In this document: positions 1 to 13,522 of the stretch, piece after piece
How the letters are laid out: each line of letters begins with the position of its first letter
Numbering within the stretch: position 1 is the stretch's first letter
NCBI GenBank assembly: GCA_000320545.1
Contig: ADNK01003026.1
Location: forward strand, 1 to 48,971
Length of the DNA: 48,971 nucleotides
Origin: Bigelowiella natans CCMP2755
Lineage: Eukaryota > Protista > Cercozoa
Direction of reading: 5' to 3'
Program-made: the position numbers and the translations under genes
Notes under the pieces: generated by a model
What the model saw: the letters and a program-made list of their open reading frames with translations, nothing else
The model's database searches: none
What the model was told of the DNA's origin: nothing

Positions 1-136
1 TAACCCTAACCCTACCCTAACCCTAACCCTAACCCTAACCCTAACCCTAACCCTAACCCTAACCCTAACCCTAACCCCTAACCCTAACCCTAACCCTAAC
101 CCTAACCCTAACCCCTAACCCTAACCCCTAACCCTA
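1..136. repeat. Telomeric repeat (TAACCC)n, i.e. TTAGGG type, with occasional TACCC and TAACCCC variants
   Basis: About 22 tandem TAACCC units from base 1, C-rich strand at the 5' end as expected for a left chromosome end; abrupt switch to unique sequence at 137. Confidence 0.98.
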
Positions 137-790
137 CGGGGAACGGATGTCGACGAGTCGATCACAAAACGATGCAATGAAATACTCGACACTAAAATTT
201 CTTACAGATCCTTGTTTGAAGCGACGAGTGCGCGCCATTCTTGACCACGATGCCAGTCAGCATGTTGCTGCTGTGTGATGAATGCCAAAATGCATGAAGC
301 CGGCAAAAACTTGCAAAACCAACTTTGCATGCAAGCATGATAGCCACAACATGTCTTTCATGAAAAAGTTCAGAAAAACACAATGAAACGTAAATTCCTT
401 GCATTGCAGAACCTCTGACATGCATGCCTGATCACTTCGCGCGTGCTCTCCAAGTTTGTTGCTCATCAATGTCCAGGTTCCAGTGCAACTCATGTGAGCT
501 TTTATTGCTGATGAGAATCAACAGCACCACAGCTCTCTCACCCAAAACAGCATGAACCCACTGCATCCGTGTCAGCACCAACAACGCCGCAGCAGCTCTA
601 TCATCCAAAACGACACAAACCAATTGCTTCCGTGTGAGCTTCGAATTGCAAACCATGGAAGAGACGCAACTTGCAAGATCAAACTAACGGCACCGTGCGT
701 GTTCATGTGCAATTTGTCAAGTTCACTGGGGGTCGGACACAATGTGATGCAATGAACTGCAAGTCACGACGCTGCACTGCTAGCGTCCCA

Positions 791-1493
791 TCATTTCTTC
801 ATCGTTGGCTTTGGAATTCCTTCTGTCTTCACAGACGCCGCATCATCTCTGTGCTCATTCTTCTTAACAGCTCTAACCACATTGAACTTACCACTTCCAA
901 GTGCCTGTTGTTAATAACGACAACGTTACAAATATGATGAGAAGAAGATACCTACATAGTAGCGGTAGTCTCTCAGACAGAGCTACTTCTACGAGAACAT
1001 ACACCATTGATGTGCACCAATTTGTACTTCCTCTCAATCTCTCTCTCTCTCTCTCTCTCTATCATTTTTCATATCGGGTAATTAATAATCATGAGCTGGT
1101 AATGTCCTCTCAACAGCAGTGGAACAACACTCCGAACAATGTTGTTGTCCCTGGTCCTTGCTAATCAATGCAGCAGAAACACTCTTCCCAAGCCATCGTC
1201 GTAGTAATGATGATGATGATGATCATCATCATCATCATCACCATCATCCTATTTCGTCCATTCATCCTCACCGTATAGTTGCAGTCCCTGTAAGATTGTG
1301 CGTCTGCTCGGCGTGCATCACCTGCATCCTTATAAATGGAACGCATCGTATCTATATCGTAATCCTGAAACAACGAGCCGCCCTTTGAGGAGGAGGAGGA
1401 GGTGGAGGAGGAGGAGGTGGAGGAGGAGGAGGGGGAAGATAAGGTGCAAATAATCCGAGAAGATCAATGTTTTGCGAACATAGGCATTTGGTC

Positions 1494-1589
<96 letters not shown>

Positions 1590-2959
1590 TACACACACAT
1601 ATACATTGTTCTTTTGTTGTTACGTTGGCTTCCAGAGAAAGCTGTTGATTGTAGTCCCATTGCATGTCCCCAAATTGGTGGTAGTATCGATGAGGTAACT
1701 TTAATTCTTCAAAACGCCTCTTCTCATCCCTCAGTCTCTCCTCCTATAGTGTATGTATTACAGAACACAACAACAGCAATTATGGTGATGATGATGAAAT
1801 AACAAGAACAATTATGATAATGATGATGATGACGATGATGATGATGCATATCTCACATACTATCGTTTTTTGTGCAACCTGATGTTATTTGTTGTTGTTA
1901 ATAGTATAAAAGAAGAGGTCTACTGCTTATCAAGGGAGGAGGAGGAGAAGGAGGAGAAGGCATACAGCATTAGCAGCTCTTTTGCTAGCACCACTACCTA
2001 CCATCCATTACAGCAGCAGCAGCAGCAACAACAACAACAACAACAACAACAACTACTACTACTACTACTACTACTACAGCTACCTCCATTTTCTTTTTGT
2101 CGGGAAGCTGTATAGCACCAGTGAGAGATTTGGCCGCGTGGCGTGTTTGGCAGTCAAACAAAGGAAAGGGCGCAACCTTCCAAGGTAGACCGATGAACAC
2201 CTAGTAAGTAAGTAAGCAAGTAAGTACACAACAATAACAACAACAACATTATGACTAGATCATATATTTCTACCAATCATATTTTGTACGTGCTTCCTCT
2301 CTCTCTGTCTCTCTCCCTCTCCGTCTCTCTCGTTGTTACCAGGGAAGGGTCTTTTGTGTAATACCTATCAAAGAGAAGAAATAATATGTGCATACGTAGA
2401 GGAGGAGGAGGAGTAGGAGGAGGAGGAAAAGTAAGTGAAAATAGGTCATAGCAATAAACCAATAGCCTTTCTTCTACTTTCTATCAAGCTGTTACACCAG
2501 CAGTAAATAGTAGTAGCAGCGAAACAAGAAATTAAGAGGAAAGGATAAAATGACATATTACGCAAAAACACACCGCCGGATATTATATATCAATATATAC
2601 ATATATATATGTATATATTTATATATGTGTATTGATATCTGAAAAATGTATAGCAGAAAGAAAATCGTGATGATGATGATGATGATCATCATCATTGGCA
2701 ACATCAGCATCATCAGCATCATCATCTTCTGTATATTCCTTTCTGTGACGAACATATTATCTCTTAGAATTTGCTTCTTCTTCTTGTTCTTGTTCTTCTT
2801 ACATGTGTCGGTAGAGTGGTGTAACAGCTCTACCCTCTACACACACACCAACATCGTCGTCTAGAAATGGAAATCTATATTGATAATAACCCAATCAATC
2901 AATTCATTCATTAAAATTACTCAAAAAGAAGAGAGATTTCTATGTGCTGCTGCCTAGAT

Positions 2960-3030
<71 letters not shown>

Positions 3031-4731
3031 TGGGGCGGCAGCAACAGTTTCTATCCAGATACATTGTAATTTCTTTGTGTCTTAACTCTCCCCCCCCCCC
3101 ATTTGGTGAGTATCATTATATTGACAAAGAAGAAGAAGATTGTAACTATTACTACTGCAAGTATTACTTGCGGCTGCTGCTGCTACTAGTAGTAGTACCG
3201 ATAATCATATCCAGTGCAAAACACAATAGCATCCAACTCTTCTTCAGAAGAAGAACAACAGGAGGAGGAGGAGGAAGAAATCTCCCCTGTTGTTTCTCCA
3301 CCATTCATTTGTAATCCACCACCAAAAAACACACGCTTTCCATTCGGATGAATCGACGAAATTGGAGGCATTTCTGGGGAAAATATTAACATTAATTATG
3401 AATGTTGTATCTTCACATGATGTGTACGTTTTAGCTGCTCATCTTACTGATAATGCCTCTTTCCCCTTCTGTGGGTTGTGTGACATCTTTTTGAGCACGA
3501 TATACTTTCTACAAACACGCATTATTGTCATCACTCACCCACAAATGGATAGAATGACGGCAAGGTCAATATGTAAAGATAGAGATAATACATCAGAGAG
3601 AGACCATAGATATAATACATATGTTGGTAAGTACATTCAATCATCAGCCATGCACGTGTGATCATGTATTATCATCATCATCATCATCATAAGGAGAAGA
3701 AGAAGAAGAAGAAGAAGAATAAGAATAAGATGCTGCTGTTAGGATAATGATGGTCGCATCGTCATTACTTTTGCCTTTGAAGCTATTTCCAGGGATATAT
3801 CTACTCCAGAAGGACCAGCACCTTCAATCATTTTGTTGTCGTTGTAGTAGTAGCAGTAGTAGTAGTAGTAGCAGTAGTAGTAGCAGTAGTAGTAGCAGTA
3901 GTAGTAGTAGTCACAAGATAGCAGAGGAGGAGGAGGAGGAGGACGTGGTGGTAGTGGTGAGAATAAAATACTAAATTCAATATCTCGATCGAAATTATTT
4001 TCCAATCTTTCTTCTTCTTCTTCTTCTTCTTCTTCTTCTTCCATGATAGAGCATGGAAAAGAAGATATCATCATCACAATATACATACACATATATTATT
4101 AGTTACCCACAACAGCGACTCTTTTGTCTTGAAATGCATCTGGACGTCGATAGTTGTGTGCGTGGATGCAATCCCCGGTAAATCCATCCAACCCTCCAAT
4201 TTCGGGTACTGATGGAACAGTATAATGTCCTGATCATAATAATAACAATAAGTATAAACAACGATGATGACAAAAGAGAAGTAATTATTATCGACTACAT
4301 ATACATTTTCCTCTTCATTTTCATTATCATATTTACATCATCATCATTGACTTTACTACCGTTGCAAATCAAAACAGCATGATATCGGTCTTTTCTCTCT
4401 TGACCCAAATTGTCACGCCATATCACCTCCCAACGACCTTGCTGATATCATCACCATTATTACGAACTTAGTAGTACAAGTTGTGTGTGGGGTAGTAGTA
4501 GTAGTGGTAGAGTAGTAGTAGTAGTAGTAGTGGTGGTGGTGAAAGTAGCTGTTGTCTGAATTATTACGTCATTTTTAGGATGATCATTGTTGCCTTCTCC
4601 TCCCCCTCCTCCTTCTCCCTTGTTTCCATCCGAGGGTGGTGAGAAGGTGTGATTATTCTCTTCATTGATTCTGGACAATCGTACCACTCTGGAACTAAAT
4701 TTTATGTGCCGCTGACGACGAATAAAAATCA

Positions 4732-4774
<43 letters not shown>

Positions 4775-6676
4775 TAATGAGTATGCGTATTGGTTTGTGA
4801 TTTTTATACGCCTAGTATTTAATATCATCTCTAAAAAAATTAATGATTCTTTTTGGATGTACATGTTGTCTCACTATATAGATGATTATAGAGGGGCCTT
4901 CATTTAAAGTATATAAATCCAAATGCTTGCGTCTTCTTGTTCATCATCATCATTATCATCATATTGTGATATAAAAGACGATTATTACCATAATATCGTA
5001 CTTCTTAGCGAAATCTTCCAAATAACCCAAAACCTGGTAGAGTAATTACATACAATGCATCATCAAATATTTATATACAATGCATCATCAAATATTTATG
5101 TACAATGCACATCAAATATTTATATGGACACTAGGTAATACCACCATAAGACGACTCCGAGGATGAATAATATGTAGTACATCGTGAATACATATCATCA
5201 TCAACTATACTCTTGACGAATTACCTGTTCATGAGTCATATACGATGGTAAAGTGGGATCGAATGGGACTCCTATGAAAGGCATCACCTGTGGTAAAAGA
5301 ATTACTGTTAAATCGCAACCGATATGAAGGGAGGGGGGGGAGCAAGGAGGTAATGAGGAGGTAATAATCAACAGCAGGACAGACGTGGTTCCTATCTACT
5401 CACGTATCGTCCCATCCATTTTTCGGTCACTACTACATTGCTCACTAGGCGACAGCAGCAGTAGCAGCAGGAGAATGGTGTCACACTGATGGGTTTTTAT
5501 ACCACCTCTTTCGGTATATTAGTCCTCAGGTTCAAATACATGCTGCTATGCTCCTGCTCTCCAACCTAAACATCATCATCATCATCATCATCATCACAGC
5601 AGCAGCAGCCAAAAACAATAACATCGTTTCTTGAGGATGAGCGCTGTGACGGCTACCACAAAGGAAGGAAAGAATGAGTGATAGTGACTTGTGTTTCATA
5701 TTTGATATCCAAATCTAAAGTATTCTTATCAATTTTATTTTGAGTGCTGATTCTTCTTTATTCACTCCCGAGTGTGAAAGTATGATAGTGATGTGTGTCC
5801 TTTCCTTTTTCTTCATTTTGCTTGATCATCATCATCATTCTACCTCTTCAGTATAAACCCAAGTCCCTCCAATTCGACTCGACTGTTCAAATACGTCTAC
5901 TTTGACCACATTAGCATCATCATCATCATCCCGTTGTTTCCCTTCTACTGATGACGCGAGCTCCAAAAAGCTTTTGGCAGCGCTGAGGCCAGCTATAAAT
6001 TTATCATCATTCATATATAAGGTACCTTTCGCAATGAGCATTGAAAATTCTTTAAGTTACCTGCCCCTGCCCCGATAATGGCAACACGGCCACCAATGGG
6101 AACGAGTCGTTGTTCAGCAGTGGTTTGATTAATGATGCTGCCCCCCTCCCCCTCCTCTCTCTCACTCGTATGAGCAGCGGTGTGTAAGGCAGCAGCAGCA
6201 GCAGCACTCCACCTCCTCCTCCTCTGTGACACCGTAGTAACCCCAAATCCTCCTCCCATACTTATGATGCCCAAAATCGCTCCAAGAGAGCGCTTTCGTT
6301 GAAGCAAAGACTTGGCTACGCGCCCACTACGATGCACGCTGACATGGTGTTGGGGATTAGCAGAGTGGAAATCATATTCAATATCTTCAAGAGCGCTGCA
6401 AGCAACCATTTAAGAATAATAAGTCAAAGAAGATTATGGACTGACATGTCCTACGAGGATTCTAACTTGTATTCACCTAATCATTCTCTTTCCCATCATT
6501 ATTGTAGTGGGAGCTGCTGCTGCTTTGATCATGCACAAGGCGCCAACAGAAAGTGAGGCGATCGTTGCAAGGAGTAGGGTTTTCTTCGTTAAGTGAGTCC
6601 TGCTTTTCTTGCGTACAGGAGGAAGCACTAAAGTGTGTAACAGCGAGGAAGAACAACTTTCATTTGGCTGGCCCAT
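791..6676 (-). CDS. Flavin-containing monooxygenase (FMO family), multi-exon, with an N-terminal signal/transit-like extension
   Basis: Spliced exons give the FAD motif RVAIIGAGA|AGLSAA, FEQSSRIGGTWVY, MYLNLRTNIPKE, LICNG|HYTVP, the FMO fingerprint FxGxxxHxxxY (FTGDCIHAHNYR, about 4145-4185), the NADPH motif VVG|AGPSGVDISLEI, DAIVFCTGYDY, FIGLPWKVAPFPLFDCQ, HQFGDMQWDY and RRADAQSYRD. ATG at 6676 and TGA at 791-793 are the best-fit termini; the last small exons are less certain. Confidence 0.9.
5051..5124 (+). repeat. Intronic tandem repeat, 3 x about 25 bp
   Basis: TACAATGCATCATCAAATATTTAT(A/G) repeated three times. Confidence 0.88.
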
Positions 6677-6955
6677 GGCCGCCTCTGGTTACTTCTGGTT
6701 GTTTTTTGGGAGAGTGAGGGTGGGTGGGGGAGGCAAGGAGCCTATTTATGATGGGGTCAACAACCAACCAACCAACCACACAAACAACAACTCATGAAAC
6801 ATTTATATATTTAAGCATTATTGAACCGAATACATCTGAATGTTTATTCTTAAATCAACAACAACCGAAAAACAATATGTTATTGATGGCTGAGATTACA
6901 AACTGGATATATCTATAATTATATTACCAGAATTACAACAACAAACAACAATATC
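6677..6955. promoter_or_regulatory. Compact divergent (head-to-head) intergenic region, probable bidirectional promoter
   Basis: Only 279 bp between the FMO ATG (6676, -) and the SMU1 ATG (6956, +). Confidence 0.6.
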
Positions 6956-7784
6956 ATGGCTACCTCCGCGGGGTCCGTGGAAGTGGAAGCTGCAGAGTAG
7001 GCTATTACTTGAATAAATACGTATCTGATCAACTTCACACAATTTGACATCAGCCTAATATCATCATAAACAGCGTGATAAAGCTGATAATCCAGTTTCT
7101 CAAGGAGAATAGCCTATTTGACAGCCTGAGAACACTCCAGGTAATAGTGAGATAGGGGAATCATCCTTCATTATGGTATGGTTGATTCAGAATTCATACG
7201 TACTCTTTCCCCTATTCTTCCTCCTCCTCCTCCCCACACTCCTTCCTCTTCTCCTTCTGCTGCTGCTGCTGCTGCTGTTATCAATCAATATTTGTTCAGG
7301 AAGAGTCCCAAGTGACCTTGAATACAGTCGACGATATCGACAAGTTTTGTAGCGACATTCTTCACGGAAGTCAGCCAGAGCACTTTTCACCACTGATTAT
7401 TGTGTAATTATGCATAGCCGTCGTCGTGATTATGTAGCAACCTTGATGACCGGTCTGCAAGCCATCAAAGAATGTATGATGAATCATCTTGTGATTATCC
7501 AGGATGGGATAGCGTCATTGATGTAGTCTCAACTCTTCGACTTCCTGGCCACAAACTCGTAGATCTATATGAGCAGGTCATTCATATGGAGCATATTGAC
7601 CCATACACGCGTTATTCACCAATTACATACAGCTCGTGCACTCCTCTTAGTTGTTCTTAGATTGATTGATTGTTATGTTCAGATTGTTCTCGAATTGGCT
7701 GAAATGCGTGAAGTGGACACCGCAAAGGCCTTACTTCGCTCTACTCCTGCCATGGGTAAAGATGATGATGGCACTACTCCTTTA

Positions 7785-7821
<37 letters not shown>

Positions 7822-9509
7822 AATCTTGACGATGCTGCGAGAGGAGAAGAGGACATCAATCTTCAAAAAGAAGAATGCTGGAACAACTGTACTGATGTTT
7901 CACAAAATAAAGGACTCTTAGCATTCTGAGAAGGAGTGTAGCTAATTTAATTTAATTTAATTGTTGTTGTTGCTGTTGTTTTATATTGTGTATGATTGGG
8001 CAGCCGTGATGAAAAATGATGCACCTGGACGGTACACACGGCTGGAGCACATTCTAAATCGTACTTACTTCGACTACTCTGAGGCCTATCCTGGAGGTAG
8101 GTAGTAGTAGTAGTAACCCTTTTTTATGGATGATGATGCCGTTATATGACATGAATGATTGAACATCTTCTTCTTCTTTTCCTTCTTTATTGAAATAGGC
8201 ACAAACAAGCAGGAAATGAGGAAGAAGATAGCAAAGAACCTAAAAGAGGAGGTTTTCACAGTACCCCCCTCTCGGCTGCTGGCTCTTATCACCCAGGTAG
8301 CAGTTAGCAATGACTTATTCGTTCAAATCGAAGAAAACATTCACACTGCTTCTAACCTTAAGCACCACCACCACTAATTTTGCGTGTGTATGTGTGTGCG
8401 TGTGTGTGTTACTGTGAAAATAGTCTCTGAAATGGCAGCAATATATCGGTCACCTCCCTCCCGGTTCTAAGTATGATTTGTTTAGAGGAAAAGCCCCTTT
8501 GCAAAAGCAAGAGGTAGTAATAAGTAGTAAAATGAATGAATGATGATGAGCAAGTTACTAACACTACATCACAGCAGCAGCAGCACTACAATCACGAAAT
8601 GTTCAAAATAGAGCTTGCAAAATACGTGAATAGATGATAATATCAGCAGCTCACACACCACTTTTATTCTACTACTAACTAGCCCCTTTAAAAAATTATG
8701 ATAACTCTATAGCAAATAAAGGCAGATTAAAAGCTATTGTTCGTCGTTTGTAAACAATGGCAATACTTCCATCCTCCCAGATTTTGTTTTTTTTGGGTTG
8801 TTAATGGTGTGGTGTGTGTTCATTATTCATTAGGAATAATATTATCGTTGGTTTGGTGTTGTTTGTTTGTTTGTTTGTTTGTTGTTCAGGTCGATTCCGT
8901 GCCAAAAAAAAACACCAAAGTCATCAAATTTGGCAAGAAATCGAGGGCAGAATGTGCTGCCTTTTCTCCTGATGGGGTATATGCACAACACAGAATAAGT
9001 ATCAGTATCAGTATCAGTATCAGTGTGTTAGTGCGTATATCAGTATGTGTATAATGGCATTATTGTTGTCGCCCAATCCTACTACTACTACTACTACTAC
9101 TACTAATAATAATAATAATACTACCAATACTAATCTGTTTGAAGTGATCGTACAAGTAGTACCAGTAGAAACAAATTCTTTACTCAGTGAATCTTGGTGG
9201 TAGTAGTAGTTTATTGCCTGTTCTTAATTAAATATTGTATTATTTACTAATTGTGTAGCAATATCTCGTCAGTGGTTCTTCTGATGGTTTCTTAGAGGTA
9301 GTAGTAGTAGTAAGTAGTAGTAGTAGTAGTAGTAGTACTAATCTCAAATGACGATAAGAAAGAAGGAGAAGCTAATTATTTTAGTGGCAATCAAGTACAA
9401 GTGAAGAGAAAGGAATGTTGATCTGTAGAAAGGATGATTCAATCATGATGTAGATGTGTATTTACCTAGCCACTGCGCTGCTGTCGTTGTTAGTTATTTA
9501 AAACATCAT

Positions 9510-9542
<33 letters not shown>

Positions 9543-10641
9543 ACTTACTACTACAAGATATGGAACTTTGAAACCGGCAAATTGCATAAAGGGCTTAAAT
9601 ACCAAGCAGAAGATGACATCATGATGCATGAAGAGGTAACATGATCAACATTATCATCATCATCGTCATCATCATCATTATTATCATGATCATCATCTTC
9701 AGGCTGTATTGTCTGTTGGTTGGTCTCGTGATTCGGAGCTGCTCGCAAGTGGTAGTTTGAAGGGTGTCGTCAAGGTACTACTACTAGTAACACCAGTAGT
9801 ATATTTAGGAGGATGAGGATGTGATGATGATGATGATGATGATGATATTCCAACAGATAGATATATGATTATTTTCTTGATCAGATTTGGCGCGTAAGGA
9901 CCGGATCTTGTGTGCGATCCTTTGCAAGTGCTCACTCCAAAGGCATCACATCCATCGATTTTGCTAAGGATGGGACACAAATTCTCACGGCATCATTTGA
10001 CAACAACATACGTACAACAACACTATTAATTATACTAACGATAGCCGTCAAAATATCACAATAATAATGATGATGATGATGATGATGATGAATAATTACA
10101 TGACTATATTGACAAATATTTTGGATTCACTTTTATTTATATATTAATAGATATTATAGAACCATAAATCTTGTGTACTCATGTGTGTGAAAAAGGGTCA
10201 TCCTTCATTCCTTCTGATGCCATAATCTATTCTCAATTGTTCAACAATCAATCTTTTTTATATGTTGTTCTTCTCTTTTCTTGCTATTCTTCTCAGGTAT
10301 TCACGGGTTAAAATCTGGAAGAACCTTGAAGGAGTTTCGAGGCCATACATCGTCAGTACTACTATCTCGTCATCACAAAGAAGAAAGAGAGAGAGAAAGA
10401 GAGAGAGGAGAGAGCAGAAGGACAGGGCATCGAGCAGCAAAATAAGATGTGACATGAAAGCATCGGTCCTGCTATCGTATTATCTGCTACATTAGTGGAG
10501 AGTTTGAATTTTTTTGATTGATATTATTGCGACTCTTCCTCCTCTTCCTCCTCGTTATGACTTTTGTTTGTTTGTCATCTATCGATAATGCTTCTACTAG
10601 GTATGTCAACCAGGCGATGTATAGTAATGATTTTCTTCAGG

Positions 10642-10672
<31 letters not shown>

Positions 10673-10746
10673 AATAGTAAATGTAATGGCAACTTTTAAA
10701 GTAGTAGTAGTGGTGGTAATAGGTTGTGCTGGTATTACTACTGCAG

Positions 10747-10779
<33 letters not shown>

Positions 10780-11189
10780 TATCGTCTTCTTCCTCTAGTC
10801 TTTCTCCCCCCCGGCCCCTATCCTCCTCCTCCTCCTCCTCCTTCTCCCTGCCTTCTTGGGTTTTTATAACATCATGTTCGTATCATCGTACATACCCTTT
10901 TTCAAACAGAAAATAATAGCAATAATGGAAGAAAATAATTCATAAATAACAAGAATAATAGATGATATACAAATTATAATCAGGTCATCAGTGGAAGTTC
11001 TGACGGATCTGTACGCATATGGGATGCAAAGACAACTGAATGCTTACAAGTACTAGTAGCATTAATAGTAATCATCATTATCATCATCATCATCATCATC
11101 ATCATCTATTTCTCTCCTCCTCCTCCTTACCACTTAGACTTTCAAACCAGAAAAGGAAGTATCAGTCTTGAAGGTAATTAAGTGTAGGA

Positions 11190-11232
<43 letters not shown>

Positions 11233-11565
11233 GTTGTATGCGAAAAAATAGCTACATCCATCCTACTACTACTAGCCTTCTAATGTGAGTGTCGTCGTCT
11301 GTTGTATCGTCATTTTGTTCACAGTTATGTCGTCTCTCATCAATGGCCTCGGATAACCGCGTGTTGGTATTAATAACAACAAATCAAGTTGTATTATCAT
11401 CAACATCATAAAATATGATCAATAATAGAAAGCACCTATTTGTTGTAAGAAGACGACAATGACTTTCTGTGATTTTGCATGAAATATTATTGTTGTTATT
11501 TGATATTAGCATTTGTGTTGAAAGTGTTACATGCAGCAGCCATTCATTCACACAGCCAGCCAGCC

Positions 11566-11603
<38 letters not shown>

Positions 11604-11656
11604 TAATTAGATGTGTTACTTATTCACTACTCTCTCTTTGGTTGTCATCTATTGGT

Positions 11657-11706
<50 letters not shown>

Positions 11707-11708
11707 CC

Positions 11709-11742
<34 letters not shown>

Positions 11743-12225
11743 CTTGTAGGTGTGCTGTCGTTCTTCAAGGCTTCGTGTGATGAATTTGAAAGGAAAGAAG
11801 GTATTCATCAAATATTTACGTATCTTGCACATAGATGGATGATGATGATGATGATAATGAGGAGGAGGTGAAAGTAGCCTAATATAACTGTTTCATTGGC
11901 TGTTTTGGTGTGCAATATAATTATCTGTATAAGTGTGGATGAATATATTATAAATTAGTGTATAAAATGTGCGTGTGTACGTGTGTGTGCGAGTGCAGAT
12001 TAACGTGAATGTAATCATCACAACCTATTTGCATATAATACTGATGAGAATGTGTGATATTATCTACGTTGATTATTATTACTATTGCTTAGCTTCAAGA
12101 ATACGAGATAAAATCAAATGCCGTCCAAGCTGCCTTTTCTCCAAAGTAATCAACGATAAACAAGCATTAAAGCCATATCAAAATGAGGAAGAGGAGGAGG
12201 ATGATGATGATCAAATACGGCTACC

Positions 12226-12262
<37 letters not shown>

Positions 12263-13158
12263 TTACTACCAAATCTGTGTTGCAACGGCGTTTGAGATGT
12301 TGACTTGTATGGGATGATGATGGCCTATTGATGGTTATTCTTTCGTTGTTTTTAGTATCATGTAGTAGTAGTAGTAGTAGTAGTAGTAGTAATAGAGGTA
12401 GTAGTAGTAGTAGTAGTAGTAGTAGTGTGTGTTGTAGTAACACTTGACGACGACGACAACTGGGACTACTACTGGAGAAATAGGATGCCTTGTTCTCTAT
12501 GATGCTGCTGCTCTCTTGTGTCGTGAGAAAGGAAGAGAGGCCAAAATGAGCCAACAAATGGATGGGAAATGACACACTATAGTAGTTTATATATTATCTT
12601 CCTCTATCACTCACCTTGTCGTGCAAACATTGACCTGCAATCTACTACATTTTCATATGCAGTTGTAATTTTCATAATTCTCAGAAACAAGATTATGTAC
12701 GCAATGGGGGATGATCAAGTTTTGTATTGTTTCAACTGTGAGGTAATTCATATTCATATAATGATGATGATGATGATGTGCCTGTTTTGCATGTTGTCTT
12801 CTCATATTGGCCCCGTCTATGTTTTCCCCAAAGTGAGTGAGTTTGAGTTATTCACGCATCTAATTTTCCAAAAACATGTTCAAATCGAAGGATGGGAGCG
12901 TTCAAGACGCAGTACGTTTGCATGCTAAGGAAGTGATTGGAATCACGCACCACCCTCACAGAAATATTCTGGCTTCTTTTAGGTATGTAAACAGAAAACC
13001 TGATGTTTTAATCTATACTGTATCTCATGTTGAAAATGCGTTTTTGTTTAAAACTTGTATAAAGTACGGATGGTACAATGAAGATTTGGAGGTCAGGGGC
13101 CAAGACCAAAAAAGTCGGCCCACGTTTCACCGACACTACTACAGCGGAAAGCAAATAA
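6956..13158 (+). CDS. SMU1: WD40 repeat-containing protein SMU1 (LisH/CTLH plus WD40; spliceosomal B-complex factor), about 20 exons
   Basis: Exons translate to MATSAGSVEVEAAD|VIKLIIQFLKENSL..LQ|EESQVTLNTVD..|WDSVIDVV..LYEQ|IVLELAEMREVDTAKALLRST..VPPSRLLALITQ|SLKWQQ..YDLFRGKA..IKFGKKSRAECAAFSPDG|QYLVSGSSDGFLE|IWNFETGKL..LKYQAEDDIMMH..IHGLKSGRTLKEFRGHTS|YVN..HAKEVIGITHHPHRNILASF..DGTMKIW, ending at TAA 13156-13158. These are hallmark SMU1 segments. Confidence 0.97.
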
Positions 13159-13522
13159 AAGCAGCTGTTATAGAACATGCTATTCTCGTCGGAATGAAGC
13201 TTAAGTTCTTTAAAATATCTCAATCGTGTTACATGTATTATCATAAGATAATAAACAATGCTGTCATAATTCTCATTGATAAATTAAAATATGAAACTAC
13301 GGATGATACAATAGCACATGCATGATAAGAACGGTAGATAGTAGACACAGTATATACTATATACATATGTTATTCATACCATATACAATGAGGTGCCTGT
13401 TGTAAAAATATGCCTAATGCATAAAGCTAAGCATTAATTGTGTGTAGTAATTATATTTTTCGTGCACGTGACATCGACCACACATGTTTTTGCCAGCGAT
13501 CCGGCATGTCATTGCAGACACG

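Noticed and set aside
200-800. CpG methylation-deamination as the cause of the TG/CA excess in the islands
   Set aside because: CpG is plentiful in the islands while TpA is what is missing, and duplicate copies differ at TA/TG rather than CG/TG.
137-800. Telomere-associated retroelement or helicase
   Set aside because: No RT, endonuclease or helicase motifs in any frame; the short ORFs result from stop-codon scarcity in TA-poor DNA.
1352-3314. ORFs with poly-YI, HT, V, Q or S runs here and throughout the window
   Set aside because: They are translations of intronic microsatellites.
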